The notes beneath the pieces were generated by a model. The model saw nothing but the letters and a program-made list of their open reading frames with translations, was not told the origin of the DNA and did not search any database. A stretch of DNA of 64,000 bases from a phage. The translations under genes were made by a program, and so were the position numbers. The DNA lies in assembly GCA_011911785.1 (NCBI GenBank), contig GCA_011911785.1_4084.1, one strand, 5' to 3'. How positions within the stretch are numbered: position 1 is the first letter of the stretch; every line of letters starts with the position of its first letter. This document shows, one piece after another, positions 58,054 to 64,000 of the stretch.

Positions 58054-58619
58054 AAGCAAAAGACTTAGCAGCGTTATTGATGCAAAATCCTGAAATGGAA
58101 GTGTATCATGAGCACATGCACATTGATGATATGTGTGAGGTTTACTATTCTGCTGAAAATGTCACTGGTATTGAAATTACTCCAAGTGGTGTATTCATCA
58201 GTACTGAACGTGTTGATTTCAATTCCCAGCAAGAAATCAAAACTCCACATAATAAACCTCGCATTGGTGCTATTGACCTAGTATTTCATCAGGACCGTTT
58301 GGTAGAATATGATGAAGACGATGGTACTACCAGAACTGATGTTGAGAATGTTGTTTTTCGTTTTTATAATGCATACGAAGACCCAACTACTGGGGAAGAC
58401 TTCTTCCGTGAGCTATTCGAGGATGGTCAAGTTTATGGTCAGGATGGAACAGTTTTTGTTCTGGACCCTAACTATGAGCCAGATCACAATACATGGCAAT
58501 TCTATACACCACAAGATGTAATGGAAGTTAAAGTACTGACTTCTGTTGACGATGCGTGGAATCCAGTATATACTTCAATGACCTTTGAAGAAGCACGTAA
58601 TTTCTTTGTAAACAAATAA
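58050..58619 (+). CDS. hypothetical protein
   Basis: 189-aa ORF. Confidence 0.4.
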   Translation: MKAKDLAALLMQNPEMEVYHEHMHIDDMCEVYYSAENVTGIEITPSGVFISTERVDFNSQQEIKTPHNKPRIGAIDLVFHQDRLVEYDEDDGTTRTDVENVVFRFYNAYEDPTTGEDFFRELFEDGQVYGQDGTVFVLDPNYEPDHNTWQFYTPQDVMEVKVLTSVDDAWNPVYTSMTFEEARNFFVNK

Positions 58620-58634
58620 TAAGGATTCAAATAT

Positions 58635-58916
58635 ATGAAAATTGTTGGCGTAGCATGGATGTTGATGAATGATGGTACTAAAGGCTTTGAAGAATATGCA
58701 ATTCTTGAAAATGTAAATGATTTAAAGCATTTCAAGAAAACCACTGACGATGATACATTCGATATCGTCTATACGTACCAGCTTATCCCTAATGACACAG
58801 ACTACGAAGCATTTGAGTATGATTCTGATTTGTTTAACTCTGTAATTATGGATTCAGCAGAGTCCCTTGATGAAAATGCAGTACTTCTAATGTTGAGTAC
58901 AGTACCAGCAATGTAG
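58635..58916 (+). CDS. hypothetical protein
   Basis: 93-aa ORF. Confidence 0.4.
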   Translation: MKIVGVAWMLMNDGTKGFEEYAILENVNDLKHFKKTTDDDTFDIVYTYQLIPNDTDYEAFEYDSDLFNSVIMDSAESLDENAVLLMLSTVPAM

Positions 58917-58923
58917 AGGTTTT

Positions 58924-59421
58924 ATGTATACAATTATATTATTGCGTAGTTCATATGGTGAATCTGATTGTGCAACTGATGGTATAATGAGTTTTGATTA
59001 CGCACATAGTACATCAGATGCGATTGATACCATTAAAGAGATTGTACGAACTGAACATTACCGTGTACGTTCTGAACCAACGAATGTATTTGCTGATATT
59101 GCAATCACTGCCTTGTATAATGGTAAAGTGTTCAGCACGTATCCACAATATTCTGAAGATATCTATATAGTTGCTGAAGCACCAGAATTCAGTACTGAAG
59201 AAGAAAAGTACATTTTCGATGTTGGTGATATAATGTTATCAGAAAGTAAGAAATTCTCAAAAAATTATGTTTTCTGTGAGCGAATTAAAAACGAAGAAAA
59301 TGTATTAGGTATAAAGTTAAAAACACTATATTCTAATAGCTTACTTGAAGAACAAGAACGTAAACGTCTTACTGAACTAATGGAAAAGTATCCTGATATG
59401 GTGAAAAATTATGGCACTTAG
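58924..59421 (+). CDS. hypothetical protein
   Basis: 165-aa ORF. Confidence 0.4.
   Translation: MYTIILLRSSYGESDCATDGIMSFDYAHSTSDAIDTIKEIVRTEHYRVRSEPTNVFADIAITALYNGKVFSTYPQYSEDIYIVAEAPEFSTEEEKYIFDVGDIMLSESKKFSKNYVFCERIKNEENVLGIKLKTLYSNSLLEEQERKRLTELMEKYPDMVKNYGT
59188..59199. repeat. 12-bp palindrome TTCAGTACTGAA
   Basis: Exact 12-mer inside CDS 58924..59421, preceded by GAA (gaattcagtactgaa). Confidence 0.6.
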
Positions 59422-59743
59422 AGGTAGTAAGAAATATAATGCTTTTGAAACATACGTTTCGAAAGATGGAAAACTACACCGAGATTTAAAGCCTGAGTGT
59501 AAGGTATTACTTGATACAGTGCGTGATGCACCTTATGGCGGGAAACGCCGCAAATTGATTTATGAAATTCTGAAAAGCGGTGCAGAATTACAGGTTAATG
59601 GTAAACATTGTGTCCAAACGAAGAATGATCCTGATATTTTACGTCTTCTTAAAGAAGGTAAGATTGAAATGTTCAATGAAGGTGTTTCTTATTACGGACA
59701 AAGAGTAAAATGTAAACATACTTTTTTGAGAATTAAAAATTGA
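59411..59743 (+). CDS. hypothetical basic protein
   Basis: 110-aa ORF. Confidence 0.4.
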   Translation: MALRGSKKYNAFETYVSKDGKLHRDLKPECKVLLDTVRDAPYGGKRRKLIYEILKSGAELQVNGKHCVQTKNDPDILRLLKEGKIEMFNEGVSYYGQRVKCKHTFLRIKN

Positions 59744-59917
59744 TGAAACAGATATAGAATTACTAATTCGAAATAATCTTAGTGTAGAAATAGAATCAGA
59801 AGATGTAGAACTGTGGAATAGTGATGGTAGTACTTCACCACATAAACGCATTACTGTAAAATTACTATACGGAGGTAGTGTAATTAGTACAACAGAAACA
59901 AGTTTATAAACTAAGGA

Positions 59918-60508
59918 TTGGTTATGGGTAAACTTATTTTCTTTAGTGGGAGTATGTCATCAGGAAAGAGTACACATCTTTTACAGAACGCATATAACCA
60001 CAAGAAGAACGGGATGAAAGTCATCTACTTAACGAGTGCATTAGATGATCGTTATGGTACTGGTAAAATAACATCGAGAATCGGTATAGAATCTGAAGCT
60101 CAAGTTATTCCAAAAGATGACCTAAGCGTTATTCATGACGTAATAAAACTATTACAGGTTGACAATGATTATAATAGTATCTACGTTGATGAATGTCAGT
60201 TTTTAAATCGAAAACAAATTGATTTATTAGCCGATATTGCTGATGAGCATATGGTTGATGTATATTGTTATGGTATTAAAACCGATTTTGAATCAAATAC
60301 ATTTGAAGGTTCTCAAAGGCTATTTGAAATAGCAGATGAGATCCATGAATTAAAGAACGTATGTGAAAATCAAAAGTGCGGAAGAAATGCTATAATGAAT
60401 GCTCGCATCGTAGATAGTACTGATAAAGTGTTTATTGGTGGTGATGAATCATATAAGAGCCTGTGTAGAAAATGTTATAAAAACTATATGAGGAATAAAA
60501 ATGGTTGA
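59918..60508 (+). CDS. tk: thymidine kinase
   Basis: P-loop GSMSSGKST, DECQFL, C-terminal zinc ligands (CENQKCG ... CRKCY); collinear with my recollection of T4 Tk. Confidence 0.9.
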   Translation: MVMGKLIFFSGSMSSGKSTHLLQNAYNHKKNGMKVIYLTSALDDRYGTGKITSRIGIESEAQVIPKDDLSVIHDVIKLLQVDNDYNSIYVDECQFLNRKQIDLLADIADEHMVDVYCYGIKTDFESNTFEGSQRLFEIADEIHELKNVCENQKCGRNAIMNARIVDSTDKVFIGGDESYKSLCRKCYKNYMRNKNG

Positions 60509-60734
60509 TAAACTACTTAAAAATATTGCAGTACGCTTGTTGGATGGTTTTGTTGATACAGTGAAACTACTATTCAGTACTGCAATGAGCATTTTAGTAA
60601 TATTGATGTTCGCATTAGTATTACATTTCGTACCAGTATGGATTGTAATTACTGCAATTGTCGTTCTACTTATCATCATCTCGTATTTCACATATCGTGA
60701 AGAATTGCAAGAGTTGCTTGATAAAGATGACTAA
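60501..60734 (+). CDS. small membrane protein
   Basis: 77-aa ORF with two hydrophobic helices. Confidence 0.4.
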   Translation: MVDKLLKNIAVRLLDGFVDTVKLLFSTAMSILVILMFALVLHFVPVWIVITAIVVLLIIISYFTYREELQELLDKDD

Positions 60735-60743
60735 AACTTTATA

Positions 60744-60769
60744 TTCCTCACTATGTGGGGAATATTTTT
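60744..60769 (+). terminator. rho-independent terminator
   Basis: Hairpin ttcctcac-tat-gtggggaa followed by tattttt; same 15-nt core as the terminator at 9682. Confidence 0.55.
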
Positions 60770-60780
60770 AAGGTAATATT

Positions 60781-61242
60781 ATGATTAATCGTGAAATATT
60801 GCAATGCTTGTATCGTTTGGTTGATGTTTGTAAAGATACTAATCTATTGAAAATGGATTTTTATGAACACAAAGCTAATATATTAGCTGAAATTCTTGGA
60901 TATACAAATCCTCAATTCCGATACTATGACGGTGCGATGTTTAGTGCATTTGATGGTGATTATTCAGTCCAATGCGTAGCACAAGAGTTATTTTATGTGT
61001 GGGATGACACAACGAATTGTCAGGTTATGATCGAAGTTAGATATCCAGATGGGAGTAATACACCAATGGGTGAATATAATAGATTAGATACATTTTATGC
61101 ATTACAACCATCCACACCTACACCTGTTCCATATCCTAATATTGAATCTGAAATTATCCATTATGAGATGATTCAGAAATGTAAATCACTCTCAACTTAT
61201 GATGAGATATATTTTCCATTAGTTTTTATAGGATCTAAATGA
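60781..61242 (+). CDS. hypothetical protein
   Basis: 153-aa ORF. Confidence 0.4.
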   Translation: MINREILQCLYRLVDVCKDTNLLKMDFYEHKANILAEILGYTNPQFRYYDGAMFSAFDGDYSVQCVAQELFYVWDDTTNCQVMIEVRYPDGSNTPMGEYNRLDTFYALQPSTPTPVPYPNIESEIIHYEMIQKCKSLSTYDEIYFPLVFIGSK

Positions 61243-61625
61243 TGAGATGGAAAAAGAGACATACTAAACGATTTACTGAGATCGTCAAAAAGTATTATAA
61301 TTCTAAAGATAGTTTTGCATCTATGTTGTATGAAAGTATTACACCTAGACGTTATCCACAATGCTATGTTAATGTAAGAAACAAAAGTAAGAACCGATAT
61401 ACAGTAGAGTTATATGGGGAAGGTACTACATTTCTTGGGACTCGTATTTCAGTACCTTCTTACCTGTACTCAAGAGTTAAACGCAGTCGTGTTCAGGGTG
61501 TACTAGTCGGATATCAAATGTTGTCCATTGATGAAGTTAATGATAAGCTCACACGAAACTTTTCTTACACAGATTTCGAAATTCATGATATAATCTTAGA
61601 TATCTTATCAGATTTGGGGAATTGA
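61239..61625 (+). CDS. hypothetical protein
   Basis: 128-aa ORF. Confidence 0.4.
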   Translation: MMRWKKRHTKRFTEIVKKYYNSKDSFASMLYESITPRRYPQCYVNVRNKSKNRYTVELYGEGTTFLGTRISVPSYLYSRVKRSRVQGVLVGYQMLSIDEVNDKLTRNFSYTDFEIHDIILDILSDLGN

Positions 61626-61674
61626 CCGTGGTATACGTAGAAGTCTTTATGTTTGATGTTAAAAAAGGAAAAAA

Positions 61675-61809
61675 ATGATGAAAGGATTAAAGAAATTTGG
61701 ATCGGATTTTGTTAAGTGTATTCGCTACACTTATGATGCAAATCCAGAAATGACCGCCATTGTCGGTGTGTTTATTACATTAGTTGTGTTAAGCTTTGTA
61801 GTGGTGTAA
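61675..61809 (+). CDS. small membrane protein (44 aa)
   Basis: Below track threshold; aaggaaaaaa RBS, C-terminal TM helix; ends 4 nt before the next gene. Confidence 0.3.
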   Translation: MMKGLKKFGSDFVKCIRYTYDANPEMTAIVGVFITLVVLSFVVV

Positions 61810-61812
61810 AAT

Positions 61813-62223
61813 ATGATTGAAATGGAAGGAACTCTGGTGTATGATCCAGACCGTGGCACTATGAAAAAGAAGAAGGACTTCTGGTTAGTACTGCAACTTC
61901 CATTACAGTTGGTTAGATACTACCAGTACTTCATCAGAACTGATCTCCACATTGATGTTAAAGACCCACAATGGGGAGCACACGTCAGTATTGTTCGTGG
62001 TGAAGTGCCACCAAATCCAGAGTACTGGAAAAAGTACGATGGTCAAAAAATTAAAATAAAATTCAATCCTGATATTGTTCAAGTGAAAGATAAAAAGAAA
62101 CCAGGCTCGTTCTTTATCATAGAGTTCGATGATGAATTCATTGGACACATTCGCAATGAACTAGGATTACAATCAAAGTACTTACGTTATCACCTCACAG
62201 TAGGGAGAACGTACTACGACTAA
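61813..62223 (+). CDS. 2H-phosphoesterase-like protein (candidate Acb1-like or LigT-like)
   Basis: Two H-x-S/T-x motifs (HVSIV and HLTVG) about 70 residues apart in a 136-aa protein. Confidence 0.45.
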   Translation: MIEMEGTLVYDPDRGTMKKKKDFWLVLQLPLQLVRYYQYFIRTDLHIDVKDPQWGAHVSIVRGEVPPNPEYWKKYDGQKIKIKFNPDIVQVKDKKKPGSFFIIEFDDEFIGHIRNELGLQSKYLRYHLTVGRTYYD

Positions 62224-62364
62224 CCTATAGGTTTGTCATACAATTGGCTAAATAAAATGGGTATTAATATACCCATAATTATAACCAAAAGAAATATCAA
62301 GATTTTACTTGATATGAAATTGAAAGATGCTATACTACTTACATGTACAGAATGAAAGTTACCT

Positions 62365-62378
62365 TTTCAGTACTGAAA
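62365..62378. repeat. 14-bp perfect palindrome TTTCAGTACTGAAA
   Basis: Intergenic, upstream of the lysozyme gene; extended form of the recurrent AGTACT core. Confidence 0.6.
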
Positions 62379-62470
62379 GTATTGTAGAAAGTCCGATGAG
62401 GCTTTTGCAAATGGCCTCATAAGCCCTCTTTGTAATTGCTCATCATAACACGCAAACAAAGGAGGCGTTT

Positions 62471-63397
62471 TTGACAATAGCGATACAAACACCTAAAACT
62501 AAGACAGCTATAGGCTTATTAGTTTCACTTGTTATCATCGCTGCGTTTGGATTTTATGGTTTTTCTCAACATGATCGTGCATCATCATCGGGCGAAAGTC
62601 AGGTGCACAATTTAAAACCGCAAGTTACACAAATTCAAAAGCAGGAATTACCTAAAGGGTATACACCTAAAGTAGTTCCAGGCAGCGAGAAACATTATAC
62701 TGTTGAATACGGTGATAGTTATCATTCGATAGCTAAGAAGTTTAAACCGCATAATGTGTTGTTTGAAGATTACGTTACAGTATTGAAGAATATCAATCTT
62801 AATGCTAAACTTCATACATCGCAGGGTATCTTTATCCCAACAAAAGAGGATTTGAAAGACGTACTGTTACCTGATGTGGTAGTACTTTTCGATTATAATG
62901 ATCCTGAAATAGTAGCACACATCAAAGAAGCTGAAGGTTCAATTGAATTTCAGTCCAAGAACAAAAGACGTTTACTTGGGGGAAAAGTTGGAGTTCCTTT
63001 CTACAATTCAAAATTTCATCCTTATAAGGATATGAAAGGTAATTATACAATAGGTTATGGACATTACTTAGGTAAGAACGAATCTGATGCAATTAAGTAC
63101 AGAAACGGTATTACCAAAGCACAAGCACATAAACTATTACTTCAAGATTTGAAAAGGACATATAATGACTTTACAACTCTAATGAAGAAAAAAAATGCAG
63201 TAAATCTTACAAAAGACCAACAACGTATTCTCTTTGACATGGCTTACACGATGGGTGTTGATAAGTTGGCCTCATTTAATAAACTATGGAGAAGTGCTGA
63301 AGCTGAAAATCATAAGAAGTTTAAAAGAGAAATCAAAAATTCCTTATGGTATAGGCAAGTAACAAACAGAGCGGATACTTTGTTAAGCTCAATCTAA
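62471..63397 (+). CDS. membrane-anchored LysM-domain lysozyme (T4-lysozyme-like)
   Basis: N-terminal TM helix, LysM-like HYTVEYGDSYHSIAKKF, C-terminal YTIGYGHYL and SLWYRQVTNRADTL resembling T4 lysozyme; apparent TTG start 5 nt after aaaggagg. Confidence 0.75.
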   Translation: MTIAIQTPKTKTAIGLLVSLVIIAAFGFYGFSQHDRASSSGESQVHNLKPQVTQIQKQELPKGYTPKVVPGSEKHYTVEYGDSYHSIAKKFKPHNVLFEDYVTVLKNINLNAKLHTSQGIFIPTKEDLKDVLLPDVVVLFDYNDPEIVAHIKEAEGSIEFQSKNKRRLLGGKVGVPFYNSKFHPYKDMKGNYTIGYGHYLGKNESDAIKYRNGITKAQAHKLLLQDLKRTYNDFTTLMKKKNAVNLTKDQQRILFDMAYTMGVDKLASFNKLWRSAEAENHKKFKREIKNSLWYRQVTNRADTLLSSI

Positions 63398-63411
63398 AAG
63401 GAAGGTGAAGT

Positions 63412-63744
63412 ATGCTAAATCTAGTTATTCAAGGTAATGTTGATATTACTCCAGCAATCCATGACGCAATTCATCAAGAAGCAAACACTCTAAATAAATT
63501 TAGTGATTCTTCAGTACTGAATATTGGTGTTCATGTGAAAAAAGAGCATAAGACACAGTACGCAGTAACTTTAACATCAGGTGGTAAGTCTGTTACTGCC
63601 GATGATGCAGATTTATACAAGGCGATTGTCGATTCATTCGAAAAAATGGAAACTGTATTCAGTAAAGACAAAAGCATTAAATTGCACCGCCGAAACCATC
63701 CAGACCGTCCAGTTGTAGTTGATGTAACTGACGAAGAAGAGTAA
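63412..63744 (+). CDS. hpf: ribosome hibernation / translation inhibitor factor (HPF/RaiA family)
   Basis: VDITPAIHDAI ... TLTSGGKSVTADDADLYKAIVDSFEKME and acidic C-terminus match my recollection of E. coli RaiA/HPF (ITPAI, HEDMYTAI). Confidence 0.8.
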   Translation: MLNLVIQGNVDITPAIHDAIHQEANTLNKFSDSSVLNIGVHVKKEHKTQYAVTLTSGGKSVTADDADLYKAIVDSFEKMETVFSKDKSIKLHRRNHPDRPVVVDVTDEEE

Positions 63745-63753
63745 TATAATAAA

Positions 63754-63781
63754 GGGACAGATTGATTCTGTCCCTTTTCTT
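63754..63781 (+). terminator. rho-independent terminator
   Basis: Hairpin gggacag-attgatt-ctgtccc followed by a T-tract. Confidence 0.65.
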
Positions 63782-63795
63782 ATGGAGTTTTAATT

Positions 63796-64000
63796 ATGAA
63801 TTATGCTTGGATGGAAATTGTAAAATCTCTCGTATCAACACATGATGTTGATTTACCAGATAGTCTAGTATTTAATAGATGGTACTATCCATATCCAGAG
63901 GACCGTAGGGTTGGAATTGGATTTTTTATTAATGATAAATCTAATTTGATTGGATTAATTGAAGATATGAAATCCAACGCAGTATCAATCTCTATTGAGT
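63796..64000 (+). CDS. hypothetical protein (3' end beyond window)
   Basis: ATG 63796 after a ggag RBS; ORF runs to the window edge. Confidence 0.3.
   Translation, partial: MNYAWMEIVKSLVSTHDVDLPDSLVFNRWYYPYPEDRRVGIGFFINDKSNLIGLIEDMKSNAVSISIE

Noticed and set aside
1-64000. tRNA genes and CRISPR arrays
   Set aside because: No T-arm-like GTTCGAATC / GTTCAAATC elements with matching acceptor stems and no regularly spaced direct repeats were seen by eye; a tRNAscan-type search would be needed to exclude divergent tRNAs.

Overview
This window reads as a densely packed, AT-rich segment of a large virulent T4-like (Straboviridae-like) myovirus, most likely infecting a gammaproteobacterium; no tRNA genes or CRISPR arrays were found. 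Recognisable genes include a gp30-type ATP-dependent DNA ligase, dCMP deaminase, thymidine kinase, anaerobic ribonucleotide reductase NrdD with its activase NrdG and a GrcA-type glycyl-radical protein between them, PhoH, ClpP, a PPP-family phosphatase, an HNH endonuclease, a spanin pair and a LysM-lysozyme. A ~15 kb minus-strand block (12.6-27.5 kb) encodes five very large Ig-like repeat proteins plus a short paralog of their N-terminal module, and 42.7-48.7 kb encodes paralogous tail-fibre-like proteins. The most striking signal is a palindromic AGTACT core, often extended to TTCAGTACTGAA, that recurs far more often than expected, in all reading frames and in intergenic DNA. Other candidates worth follow-up are an intein-like insertion in a nucleotidyltransferase gene, an accessory module (27.6-30.9 kb) with a secreted ClpP-like protein, an HslV-like hydrolase, a SIR2-family protein and a possible Nudix hydrolase, a phage-encoded ribosome hibernation factor (HPF/RaiA), a 2H-phosphoesterase (possibly Acb1-like), and a GC-elevated ORF-free ~0.7 kb locus bracketed by a promoter and terminator. 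All calls rest on motif recognition by eye; no database search or computation was run.
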